Source: Minisyncoccota bacterium
Lineage (GTDB): Bacteria; Patescibacteriota; Minisyncoccia; Moranbacterales; GCA-2747515
Reading direction: 5' to 3'
DNA: 64,000 nt
Assembly: GCA_937936355.1 (NCBI GenBank)
Contig: CALDDM010000002.1
Coordinates: 17,156 to 81,155 of the forward strand
In this document: in pieces, positions 46,485-55,995 of the stretch
Numbering within the stretch: the stretch's first letter is position 1
Layout of the letters: the number at the start of each line of letters is the position of its first letter
Translations under genes and position numbers: made by a program
The notes under the pieces: generated by a model
Database searches by the model: none
What the model was told of the DNA's origin: nothing
The model's input: only the letters and a program-made list of their open reading frames with translations

Positions 46485-48365
46485 ATGCAAAAACTTATTA
46501 AACACCTTGGAGCAATTGTTTTAATTGCTATCTTCCTCAGTGGCCTTGCAATCCTCGTACAAGGTGATCAAGGTGTCCCAGCTGATATCGAGCTCTCTAC
46601 CCTCGCGCAACAAATCACAGACGATAAAGTTGCCAAAATTACGGTAGATGGAAACAAGGTCTCAGTCGAACTGAAGCCAGAAGAGGGCAAGGACGAAGGT
46701 GTCAAGCAGCGCACCAACAAGGAACGTGAAGCCAGTCTCACAGAGAGCCTTACAAACCTTGGTGTCACAGAGGACAAGCTTCGTGGGCTTCCGATTACAT
46801 ATGAGGAGCCATCTGATGGAGAGAAAGCTGCGAGTGCTGTTCTCCCTATCATTGTCCCCGTTCTTCTGATCGGTCTTCTGATCTGGTTTATGATGCGGCA
46901 GGCAATGCGTGGTAATAATCAAGCACTTTCTTTTGGTACGTCACGCGCACGTATGATCGATCCAAAAGACAAGAAGAATAAAGTCCTCTTCAAAGATGTT
47001 GCTGGTAACAAGGAAGCCAAGGAAGAGCTTAGTGAAATTGTTGACTTCCTCAAGGCGCCTCAGAAGTTTCTTGAATTAGGAGCAAAGATTCCAAAAGGTG
47101 TGCTACTTCTGGGGAACCCCGGGACAGGTAAAACCCTTCTTGCGAAAGCTGTTGCGGGTGAGGCTGAGGTGCCATTTTTTACTATAAGTGGTAGCGAATT
47201 TGTGGAGATGTTTGTTGGTGTTGGCGCATCCCGTGTACGAGATCTTTTCAAGCAAGCTAAGAAGAACGCGCCATCTATCGTGTTCATTGATGAAGTAGAT
47301 GCTGTCGGTAGACAGCGTGGTGCGGGACTTGGCGGTGGCAATGACGAGCGAGAACAAACGCTCAACCAAATCCTTGTTGAAATGGATGGCTTTGAGAGTG
47401 ATACAAATATCATCGTCATAGCAGCAACTAATAGGCCTGATGTTCTGGATCCTGCACTCCTTCGTCCAGGGCGCTTTGATCGTCGTGTCACAGTTGGGCT
47501 ACCAGATCTTAGTGATCGTATTGCAATCCTCCAGATCCATGCAAAAAACAAGCCGCTGACAAAGGATGTGGACTTAGAGCAACTTGCACAACGCACGCCT
47601 GGCTTTGCTGGTGCTGATCTTGCTAACCTCATGAATGAGGGCGCCCTCCTTGCTGGAAGGCGTGACAGCAAGACAATAAATATGACAGATCTCGTTGATG
47701 CAATTGAAAAAGTCATGCTAGGACCTGCCCGAAAGAATAAACGCATGGATGAAAAGGAAACAGAGATGACTGCATACCATGAAGCTGGACATGCCCTGGT
47801 TGGCGCTAGCCTCGAGCATGCTGACCCTATTCACAAGGTCTCCATCATATCTCGTGGAGGTGCTGGTGGTTATACACTAAGTGTTCCTGAAAAGGATGTC
47901 CACTATCATTCTCGCTCATACTTCATCGATCAACTTGCAATGCTCTTTGGTGGTTATGCAGCAGAGCAGCTCATTTATGGAGAGACTTCAACTGGTCCGT
48001 CGAGTGATTTGGAGCGCGCGACCTCTATGGCACGCAAATTTGTCACACGTTACGGCATGAGTGAACTTGGAGCTCGTACCTTTGGGAAGCGAGAGGAGCA
48101 TGTCTTCCTTGGTCGCGAAGTTTCTGAAGAGAAGGATTTCTCGGAGAAGACGGCTGAAGATATTGATCGAGTGGTGAGCAAGATTGTTGCTGAAGCACAA
48201 GAGACTGCGACTTCAATCATTACACAGAAGCGTGACCTGCTGGAAAAAATTACACAAGTCCTCTTGGAAAAAGAAACCATTGAGAAGGCCGAGTTTGAAG
48301 CAATCATGGCAGGCAAGGAGTATACCCCACCTGCGGAAGAGAAGCCTGCTGTCGCTGCAGCATAA
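46485..48365 (+). CDS. ftsH: ATP-dependent zinc metalloprotease FtsH
   Basis: Two TM helices, [29 protein letters not shown]. Confidence 0.97.
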   Translation: MQKLIKHLGAIVLIAIFLSGLAILVQGDQGVPADIELSTLAQQITDDKVAKITVDGNKVSVELKPEEGKDEGVKQRTNKEREASLTESLTNLGVTEDKLRGLPITYEEPSDGEKAASAVLPIIVPVLLIGLLIWFMMRQAMRGNNQALSFGTSRARMIDPKDKKNKVLFKDVAGNKEAKEELSEIVDFLKAPQKFLELGAKIPKGVLLLGNPGTGKTLLAKAVAGEAEVPFFTISGSEFVEMFVGVGASRVRDLFKQAKKNAPSIVFIDEVDAVGRQRGAGLGGGNDEREQTLNQILVEMDGFESDTNIIVIAATNRPDVLDPALLRPGRFDRRVTVGLPDLSDRIAILQIHAKNKPLTKDVDLEQLAQRTPGFAGADLANLMNEGALLAGRRDSKTINMTDLVDAIEKVMLGPARKNKRMDEKETEMTAYHEAGHALVGASLEHADPIHKVSIISRGGAGGYTLSVPEKDVHYHSRSYFIDQLAMLFGGYAAEQLIYGETSTGPSSDLERATSMARKFVTRYGMSELGARTFGKREEHVFLGREVSEEKDFSEKTAEDIDRVVSKIVAEAQETATSIITQKRDLLEKITQVLLEKETIEKAEFEAIMAGKEYTPPAEEKPAVAAA

Positions 48366-48547
48366 GAACTTCTCGTATTCCAATTAAGCTCTGCTCTGCA
48401 CGTGCAGGGCTTTTTTGTATGCGTTAAAGTATTCAGCTTTTCTCCATTAACTAGACTCTTTATATGTGGTCACCTAACAGTTGCCTATTTCCCATGTTTG
48501 CTGTATTATTTATCGTACATTGTTCGTGGCATTTCACGCTACGTCTT

Positions 48548-48621
48548 GGGCAGTTAGCTCAGTTGGTTAGAGCGCTTGGTCGACATCCAAGAGGTCACAA
48601 GTTCGAATCTTGTACCGCCCA
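48548..48621 (+). tRNA. tRNA-Val(GAC)
   Basis: GGGCAGTTAGCTCAGTTGGTTAGAGCG CTTGG-TCGACAT-CCAAG ... GTTCGAATC. Confidence 0.9.
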
Positions 48622-48627
48622 CATGTT

Positions 48628-48655
48628 AAAAAAATCTCCATAGGGAGATTTTTTT
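48628..48655. terminator. Bidirectional terminator
   Basis: aaaaaaatctcc-atag-ggagattttttt. Confidence 0.75.
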
Positions 48656-48682
48656 ACTGTCTTATTTTTTTGTATAGTTTTG

Positions 48683-49651
48683 CTACTGTGTATTCGTTGA
48701 TCCTCCAAAATCTCTTTTACGTATCTCTTGGATTTTTTCACTCGCCCTTCTCTTAGAGCGATTTACCTCCCTCTCGATCGCCTTGTCTGTCGCGTCGAGG
48801 AGAGCTGGCATTGCTGCCGAATAGATTAGCTGCGCAATTGGGTGATCCCACTCTTTATCTATGAGTCTGTCATACACTTTTGACTTGTACTCCTTCAGGT
48901 CATTTAGCTTGTCTAAGGCAGGACGGACAGTGACTCCGAATTCATCTTCATCGGGTAGCACACCTTCCGCTGTGAGCGCTTTGATCTCACGTTCACTCTC
49001 TCTTTCTTGGATTGCATTGTCAAAAGCAGTTCTCGTGGCTGTCTTTATGCCTGCAGGATGGTTGTACGGATTTGCAAATACGCCAGAAAAACAAGTAAAT
49101 GATGCGCTCGTTGCCTCTCCAAATAATAGCAGCTTCCCCTCTCTCATCGTGCAGTAGTCTGCGATGTCTACACCGATGTGCTTTGCAGCATCTGATCGCG
49201 CACCAGTTACAATACCCTCTGCGGCTGCGATCCTCAACCTGCTTTCATAGTGTCCAAGAAGGCCATCAAAACCATCACCAAATCCATAGTCACCCGGCTC
49301 TCGTCCGTGCAGCACCTCAGTAAGAAATGCTTCAGCATAGGTTGATGCTTCATCTACAGGCTCCTTAAAAAGAAATGCTCTGTAGTCTTGGATAAATGTG
49401 CTTGAGCTTCCTGATCCTAAGTTACCCAGAATGAAAGTGGTGACGCTTTTTGTCGTGACAATTTCCTGCGTTGCACCTAGCAACTCTTTTATGATTGCTA
49501 GAAGCTCATTTGTGATCATCTCTAGCCCCGTGGATCCGATGTCAGAAAACCCCCAGAATGATGCTTCAACCTTCTTTGTCGGGAGGCTAATAATGAGCGC
49601 GCATATAATGCAGAGAGCGACTATCTGTATTTTTGTTTTGGATTTTTTCAT
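48683..49651 (-). CDS. Secreted helical hypothetical protein
   Basis: Signal peptide ending ...KKVEA; 322-aa ORF. Confidence 0.7.
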   Translation of the reverse strand: MKKSKTKIQIVALCIICALIISLPTKKVEASFWGFSDIGSTGLEMITNELLAIIKELLGATQEIVTTKSVTTFILGNLGSGSSSTFIQDYRAFLFKEPVDEASTYAEAFLTEVLHGREPGDYGFGDGFDGLLGHYESRLRIAAAEGIVTGARSDAAKHIGVDIADYCTMREGKLLLFGEATSASFTCFSGVFANPYNHPAGIKTATRTAFDNAIQERESEREIKALTAEGVLPDEDEFGVTVRPALDKLNDLKEYKSKVYDRLIDKEWDHPIAQLIYSAAMPALLDATDKAIEREVNRSKRRASEKIQEIRKRDFGGSTNTQ

Positions 49652-49662
49652 GACTTAAATCT

Positions 49663-50631
49663 TTATTGTAGTGCTTTTACATCTATGCCGAATGATTCAA
49701 ATTTCTCAGTTATTTTTTTAGTCACGTCGCTGATTAGCGTCAGTGCTGCACTTGCTCTCTGTATGTGTAACATGAAGTCTAGTGGGTCGTTGGTTACGTC
49801 TATTCCTTTGCTTGTTTGTGCAAGTGATCCAATGTATTCAAATGTCTGTAGAGCTTCTATGTGCTCCTCCATTAGCGTCTCCGGGACTGCAACGTCAATG
49901 AGCTGGTCACCAGCTTCCGCCGCTGCTTCTGCAAGGTTTATAAAGTAGGATGAGTTTGTTGCGTCGCGGGAAACAATCTCAGCATTTTGGTAGATCTCCT
50001 GCATGAATTCTGTCGATGACTTCCTGCTAAATTCTGATCCAAAGCTTTGCTCAATGATGTATGTGAGTGCCGTATAATAATCAACTGCATCTTGTTGTAG
50101 CTTTTGCTCACGTTCCTGCCCTGTAAGATCCTCATAGCTCTGTGATTTTATATGCAACCTCTCTTGATCTATATCGTCAAACTGTTGACTTGGATCTGAT
50201 TCCTCAATATATTTTTGCACCTGTAAATCTAGACTTTCTTGATCAATCTCTCCAGACTCCTCGGCTGCAAGAGTAAACTCTTTCATAATGTCGGCGTATC
50301 CAGCAGAAAGATTTTTTTCGATGCCACCCCTTCCTTCCGGTATGGATTTTTCTTTCTCCTGTATGACACGGTCTCCGGGTGCTGGCTTCAGTGGATCAAA
50401 TCCTGATTCAATTTCCACGCCATCCCTGTAGCCGTCACCATCTGTGTCGGGGTTGCGTGCGTCGGTGCCAATGACTTTTTCCTCAGAATTACTGAGACCA
50501 TCCCCGTCAAAATCTTCGAAGTATGTTGTTTCACTTTGCCTGTTGTCAGCGCCAGCGTACAGAGAAACCGCACAGGTAAGCAGCACAGCAAACACTGCAA
50601 AAGGTATAATATTATGGAGGTTAAATTTCAT
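49663..50631 (-). CDS. Secreted protein with Ca-binding DxDxDG (thrombospondin type-3-like) repeats
   Basis: DFDGDGLSNSEE, GTDARNPDTDGDGYRDGVE, GFDP. Confidence 0.8.
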   Translation of the reverse strand: MKFNLHNIIPFAVFAVLLTCAVSLYAGADNRQSETTYFEDFDGDGLSNSEEKVIGTDARNPDTDGDGYRDGVEIESGFDPLKPAPGDRVIQEKEKSIPEGRGGIEKNLSAGYADIMKEFTLAAEESGEIDQESLDLQVQKYIEESDPSQQFDDIDQERLHIKSQSYEDLTGQEREQKLQQDAVDYYTALTYIIEQSFGSEFSRKSSTEFMQEIYQNAEIVSRDATNSSYFINLAEAAAEAGDQLIDVAVPETLMEEHIEALQTFEYIGSLAQTSKGIDVTNDPLDFMLHIQRASAALTLISDVTKKITEKFESFGIDVKALQ

Positions 50632-50923
50632 TTTGTTTAGTGTAATTTTTTTTATTATACCACGTTCTCTTTCTTGTCGTCGACTTTTTGTAGTGCTGCA
50701 CTCTTGCCTCATCCTCATTTTTTTCTTATTATTTTTGTGTTTCTTGCATTTTTTTATTTCTAGTCCTCACTTCGTCCAGTAGAGTTTTGCGCGTTCTGCA
50801 TTCCACATTGCTGTCGCTCTAGTATTTGTCGTTATTTTTCTTGTATTTGATTTTTTGTCAAATTTGTGTTATTACGTTTTCTAAGTAGGTCGTTTGCTTC
50901 CTTTTTTCTGATTTCCTTGTTCA

Positions 50924-51407
50924 CGTTCCACGTGGAACTTTTATTTTTGTGCGCTCTTGCGCAGTTTTTCTTACTGCTTTTCCCAGCGCTCTGCACCTGT
51001 TCCACGTTGAGCTATTCTGTCTCTCTGTTCTACGTGGAACTTTTTCATATCTTTGACTTTTCATGTTCTACGTGGAACATGATTTTCTCTGTTTCATCTT
51101 TCTTGCGTGAATTTTGATATTTCAACTCATTATTTATATTGTTCCATGTAGAACTAATTTTTCTTATCTGATTCTTATATTTTTCTGTTTTGAGCGGATT
51201 TGACTATGCTTCCTTGTTTTATTCTTCCGCATCATTGTTCCATGTGGAACATTTGAAACTTACTAACATATTTTTGATCACTTTTTCTGCACCATTTTAT
51301 TTACTATCCTTCACATTCTGTTCATTTCTCATTCTATGTGAAGTTACTCCTTTGTTCTACGTGGAACACTTTCTCCGCCTTTCATCTACTATGTTCTACG
51401 TGGAACA
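50924..51407. repeat. parS: Cluster of 7-8 parS-type palindromes (tGTTCyAyGTrGAACw)
   Basis: Copies at 50924, 50998 (degenerate), 51026, 51064, 51140, 51236, 51353, 51392; match the ParB site TGTTNCACGTGAAACA. Confidence 0.85.
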
Positions 51408-51590
51408 GCCTGCATATTTTTTCAATAATGTTTTGATCCTAGTGACTCTTGAATTCCATAAAGCAAGAGGGTACTTGACAAAGTTATTACAAAATTGCTA
51501 TATAACTACGTCTTGCACATGTGGTATAATTACGCTATATTAAGCAGTCTAACTCCTTTGTGAGGAATTTTGACAAAACTATCAAAAAAT

Positions 51591-51662
51591 GCTTCTGTAG
51601 TTCAATGGATAGAACGAGAACCTCCTAAGTTCTAGATGTAGGTTCGATTCCTGCCAGAGGCA
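51591..51662 (+). tRNA. tRNA-Arg(CCU)
   Basis: Anticodon loop CTCCTAA; GGTTCGATTCC T arm. Confidence 0.93.
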
Positions 51663-51681
51663 CACAATTTTATTTCATCTA

Positions 51682-52017
51682 ATGGTCCACATGCGAGATC
51701 GTATATACAAAATCAACAGCCTCATAAAGAAGGAGATCTCCTCTCTTATTGTCAGTGAAATTGACTTTAAGTCTGGAGTGCTTGTTACAGTGTCAGATGT
51801 TTCTACAAATCAAGATTTGAGTCATTCACATATTAAAGTTCAGATATTGCCTGTGACAGAGACGGACTATGCAATGGCGACGTTAAAACATGAACAACCT
51901 GTACTCCAGAAAATTCTTCATAGACGTCTGCATATGAAAATCGTACCAAAAATCTCATTTGACCCGGATCTGCGCGGGGAAGATGTCGACACCCTCACCG
52001 ACCTCCTCTCCCAATAA
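51682..52017 (+). CDS. rbfA: Ribosome-binding factor A
   Basis: RIYKINSLIKKEIS, VTVSDVSTNQDL, MKIVPKISF; precedes a DHH gene as usual. Confidence 0.85.
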   Translation: MVHMRDRIYKINSLIKKEISSLIVSEIDFKSGVLVTVSDVSTNQDLSHSHIKVQILPVTETDYAMATLKHEQPVLQKILHRRLHMKIVPKISFDPDLRGEDVDTLTDLLSQ

Positions 52018-52033
52018 AACCTATACTTCAGTT

Positions 52034-53017
52034 ATGCATGTATCCAATGTCTTTCACCGTCAGTTTACTCACCTTCAAGGCGTATTACATGTTTCACATA
52101 AGATTCTTCTGGTTGCTCATATGAGACCAGATCCTGATGCTGTTGGGAGCGTTGTTGCGCTCAAGCATTATATTGAGGACAACTATCATGCAGAGGTTAC
52201 GATCGGTTGTTCTCACCCACTCCTACCAAGCCTTGCACCACTCTTTCCGGACATTCGATTTTCGATTGTTGATAGTGATCAAATTGATCTCACTACGTAT
52301 GATCTTGCTATAGGTTGTGACAGTGTTAATCGTGGTTTTGATGTAGTTTTACCCCGACTGGATAGTCAATGCGTCACCGTTGTAATTGATCATCACCATG
52401 ATATACAGATATCAGCGGATATCAGAATTATAGATCCTTCCTTCGCCTCTACCACAGAGCTCTTGTATCACTTTTTTCTCTTTGACCACGGCACGATTTC
52501 TCCGCGCACAGCTACCGCACTCCTCACAGGCATCATTGGGGATACTGGTATTTTTCAGTACGCTAACACATCGCCGCGCACACTAGAAGTTGCTGCAGCC
52601 CTGTCTCGCCTTGGCGCTTCGATTCCAGACATTGTCTCTGCTTCTTTTACAAATCAGAAGGTAGAGACGCTTAATCTGTGGGGAAGCGCACTTGAGAACG
52701 CGTCCTTTGACACAAAAACAGGTATCGTGACAACAGCGCTAACAAGCGAGGATTTGGCAGGTCGCACACCCACTTCAGAAGAGGTTAAACACATCGCAAC
52801 AATCCTCACGAACTCACCAAATGTCAAAGCTGTCCTTTTTCTTTTTCAAGCAGGACCGTCGACGATTAAAGCAAGTCTTCGTGCACGACCTGATGCTGGC
52901 ATTGATGTTTCTGCAATTGCTCGGAAGATTGGTGGGGGAGGGCACCCGCTTGCATCCGGTTTTGAAGTTGCTGGTCGACTGAATCTTCTCAGGCAGGGTG
53001 TTTGGGAAGTTACATAA
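52034..53017 (+). CDS. nrnA: DHH/DHHA1 phosphoesterase (NrnA-like)
   Basis: HMRPDPDAVGS, IDHH, GDTG, GGGGHPLASG. Confidence 0.9.
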   Translation: MHVSNVFHRQFTHLQGVLHVSHKILLVAHMRPDPDAVGSVVALKHYIEDNYHAEVTIGCSHPLLPSLAPLFPDIRFSIVDSDQIDLTTYDLAIGCDSVNRGFDVVLPRLDSQCVTVVIDHHHDIQISADIRIIDPSFASTTELLYHFFLFDHGTISPRTATALLTGIIGDTGIFQYANTSPRTLEVAAALSRLGASIPDIVSASFTNQKVETLNLWGSALENASFDTKTGIVTTALTSEDLAGRTPTSEEVKHIATILTNSPNVKAVLFLFQAGPSTIKASLRARPDAGIDVSAIARKIGGGGHPLASGFEVAGRLNLLRQGVWEVT

Positions 53018-53030
53018 AAGATCAGATACC

Positions 53031-53603
53031 ATGCATCCACATTCATCACTTACCACACTTAATGCCGAGATGGCACAGACTCCTGCATGTACCCTTGCTC
53101 GTACTGCCACACAGCCAGTTTTTGGTTTTGGTAACCCTGCATCGAAAGTCGTCTTTATAGGTGAAGCCCCAGGGAAGTCTGAGGACTTGTCGGGTAAGCC
53201 TTTTGTGGGTGCAGCAGGAAAGATACTTGATCAGCTCCTTAGGAGTATTGATCTGGATCGTGGAGATGTTTATATCACCAACGTCGTAAAGTACAGACCT
53301 CCAGATAACAGAGACCCTCATAAATCTGAAGTTGAGGCTTGCTGGCCATGGCTTGAGCGTGAGATTCACCTCATTGATCCTGAAATCATCATTCCACTTG
53401 GACGTCATGCACTGAATCGATTCTTACCAGAGGCAGTTATCTCAGTTATGCATGGAAAGACATTTACCTGCACACTCTCCGGATTTGAACACTACACCTA
53501 CTACGCTCTTTACCACCCGGCAGCAGCACTCTATAACGGCTCACTGCGGGTAACTCTCTTTGATGACTTTTCGCGGATTCCCTCACTTCTCAAACAGTCC
53601 TAG
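53031..53603 (+). CDS. Uracil-DNA glycosylase family 4
   Basis: FIGEAPG, PFVGAAG, TNVVKYRPPDNRDP, YHPAAALY. Confidence 0.92.
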   Translation: MHPHSSLTTLNAEMAQTPACTLARTATQPVFGFGNPASKVVFIGEAPGKSEDLSGKPFVGAAGKILDQLLRSIDLDRGDVYITNVVKYRPPDNRDPHKSEVEACWPWLEREIHLIDPEIIIPLGRHALNRFLPEAVISVMHGKTFTCTLSGFEHYTYYALYHPAAALYNGSLRVTLFDDFSRIPSLLKQS

Positions 53604-53673
53604 AACCGTTGACCAAAGTATTGGAATTTGATATCTTTGTATGTACTGCTCTCCTCTATGATGACGAGCACAT

Positions 53674-53744
53674 GGTCCGTTGGCCGAGTGGTTAGGCAAG
53701 GGTCTGCAAAACCCTGTACGCCGGTTCAATTCCGGCACGGACCT
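53674..53744 (+). tRNA. tRNA-Cys(GCA)
   Basis: Anticodon loop CTGCAAA; U discriminator. Confidence 0.94.
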
Positions 53745-53834
53745 CACAATAAAGACGAGAGGCTCAAGCGTTGCGTGCGTATCGTTGATAGTACGTTTGC
53801 ATGCTTTAGTTTCTGGGAATTTGCAATTACACTT

Positions 53835-53919
53835 GCCGTGGTGGTGGAACTGGTAGACACGAGGGACTTAAAATCCCTTGGATGAATAATCCGTGCGGGT
53901 TCAAGTCCCGCCCGCGGCA
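53835..53919 (+). tRNA. tRNA-Leu(UAA)
   Basis: Anticodon loop CTTAAAA; long variable arm. Confidence 0.94.
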
Positions 53920-54064
53920 CACAAAAGATATATTCTGCTTTACACATACAAGTTAGCTCCCCATATTGGAGTGTTTAGTTACCTGTAATACCCCTCACTT
54001 CAAAATAAAATCCCACTGTGTGTGGGATTTTATCTTTCTCATCCTTTACTTTTGTAACCCCTTG

Positions 54065-54766
54065 TTATTCCACAACTGATACTGGTAAATTCCTTCGCCC
54101 AAAGGCAAATGCCTCTGATTTTGTCACCACGTATATATCGAATTTATTTCCTTTGATTGCTCCACCACGATCTTCGCACGTATATGTTCCATAGCCCTCT
54201 ACTTTGATCCTTGTTCCAAACGGATAACTCCGCGGACATGCTATCGTATGATTTGCTTTCACGCGTTTTCCTGAGGCTGTGATCCCATCACCGCTATCTG
54301 TCTCATCAAATGCTGCTGTATACGCACTTATATTCGCAATAAATTGCCCACCGGATGCACTATCAGAGGATTGCCTGACTGGCGCAGTTATCTTTTTTGG
54401 CGTCGGTTTTGGCTTATCCTTTGCAGCTGCTGCGGCAAGCTGTGCAATCATTTTGGCTCGGGCAATGCGCGATTTACTCTGCTTGTCATCTAGATCACCT
54501 GCCTCATCGTTGCTCATGGCGCTTTCTACATTTTTCAGCGCAAGTTCTTGTATCAACTTACTTCTGCGTACTCTTGCTGGCGTGGTGCTTTCACCTACCC
54601 CATCAGAGAGGTCTATGTGCACGCCGCTTGCCTCAATGTCAAAGTACGCTAGTTGCTCAACCTCTTTGATCTGTCCGCCATACCAAACACTTTGCGCATT
54701 GCCCTCCAGGGGTAGCACGATCATCGATGTTATAATAGTAGCGTTGAGTATTTTGTTTTTAGTCAT
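54065..54766 (-). CDS. 3D-domain cell-wall protein
   Basis: ISAYT, DGITASG, IACPRSYPFGT, CEDRGGAIKGNKFDIY, FGRR. Confidence 0.9.
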   Translation of the reverse strand: MTKNKILNATIITSMIVLPLEGNAQSVWYGGQIKEVEQLAYFDIEASGVHIDLSDGVGESTTPARVRRSKLIQELALKNVESAMSNDEAGDLDDKQSKSRIARAKMIAQLAAAAAKDKPKPTPKKITAPVRQSSDSASGGQFIANISAYTAAFDETDSGDGITASGKRVKANHTIACPRSYPFGTRIKVEGYGTYTCEDRGGAIKGNKFDIYVVTKSEAFAFGRRNLPVSVVE

Positions 54767-54957
54767 GACTTTAAGTTTTGTGGTTTTGTCTGCGTGCCAA
54801 AATTGCACACTCGTATCGTGATTACCATCTTCTTTGACACACAAAAAAATCGGCCACCCTTGGTCGATCTAAAACATCTCTATCAGCGCCATCACTATAA
54901 GGTACCTATAGCTATTACATAGCGCATGCGGATTTGTGCGTATTTCTACCTACAACT

Positions 54958-54986
54958 ATTATAGCAAAAAAATTAGCTCTAGTCAA
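54958..54986 (-). promoter_or_regulatory. Near-consensus sigma70 promoter for the 3D-domain gene
   Basis: TTGACT-17 bp-(TGC)TATAAT. Confidence 0.7.
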
Positions 54987-54996
54987 TACACCTTTT

Positions 54997-55803
54997 ATGT
55001 CTCTCCAATCTCTTTTCTCTCGTTTTCGTCAACTCCATTTTATACTTCGCATCGTTATAGGACTTCTGTTTTTTGGTGTCTTTTACTTCCTCTGGCGTGA
55101 ACGCTTTGTCGTGACGCGACAGTTTCTTGCTCCAGAAGAGATGCTTTTTTCCAACACGCAACCCTGGGGCATCCTCCTTCGCCTCAAAGAATCTCAGAAG
55201 GGCTACACTAATCGCCAGTTCTCTGCCATCACCCTTTCTGCGCCACACACCAACACTGATCCGCGGACCCAGGATGAAATTGCAGATCTTCATGAACTAG
55301 TACGTTTACGCACACATGACGTTATTGCACGCATAGATCGTGAACGTTTCGATGTACGAAAGCTTACCATGGCGGACAAAACCTTGAGATCGCTACTTCG
55401 AGACGGAGCGCACCCACTGTCTGATGAATTGATTGATGCGGTGCTTTACGATTTCGATGCATATGTTTTGCATTTTAAGCGTATACATGACCGCGTTCGA
55501 CCTACAATCCTTGATCCATCTCTTCCGCATGCTTTTCCTGTGCCCAAGCATCCATCATATCCTAGCGGTCACAGCTCACAAGCTCACCTTATCGCTGAAA
55601 TCCTGAGCATCTTTCAACCTAAGCAGCGTGAGGCTTTTTTTGCAGATGCATGGCGCGTCGCTACTGACCGCGAGATTGCAGGCTTTCATTATCGCAGTGA
55701 TACTGTTGCGGGTCGGATTCTTGCACAGCAGTATTTCGCACTGCTTATGGAGTCAGATGATTTTCGTAGAGACCTCGCCGCTGCAAAGTCTGAGTGGGAG
55801 TAG
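54997..55803 (+). CDS. PAP2/haloperoxidase-superfamily phosphatase
   Basis: KRIHDRVRP, PSYPSGHS, REIAGFHYRSD. Confidence 0.88.
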   Translation: MSLQSLFSRFRQLHFILRIVIGLLFFGVFYFLWRERFVVTRQFLAPEEMLFSNTQPWGILLRLKESQKGYTNRQFSAITLSAPHTNTDPRTQDEIADLHELVRLRTHDVIARIDRERFDVRKLTMADKTLRSLLRDGAHPLSDELIDAVLYDFDAYVLHFKRIHDRVRPTILDPSLPHAFPVPKHPSYPSGHSSQAHLIAEILSIFQPKQREAFFADAWRVATDREIAGFHYRSDTVAGRILAQQYFALLMESDDFRRDLAAAKSEWE

Positions 55804-55995
55804 CTCGTGGCAGAACAAATAACATTGTCAGAGCGCGGAGTTACACACAGAGATTTCCTCATGCATAGTGTGCGCTGTGATATAATGAAGTGTGTCAAAA
55901 GTGTGCATTTTGTGCACGACGATTTCTGTATGATAGTTGTTACGGGGAAGTCATATAGGAACTGGTTGCAGTTTTTCAAAACCAAAAAACTCCCA

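Noticed and set aside
50924-51407. CRISPR array, or real ORFs at 50866-51117 and 51190-51543
   Set aside because: The repeats are 14-16-bp palindromes with irregular spacing that match parS; the recurring FHVE/FYVE peptides are just translations of the palindrome.
53628-53947. ORFs 53628-53885 and 53744-53947
   Set aside because: They overlap tRNA-Cys and tRNA-Leu and are spurious.
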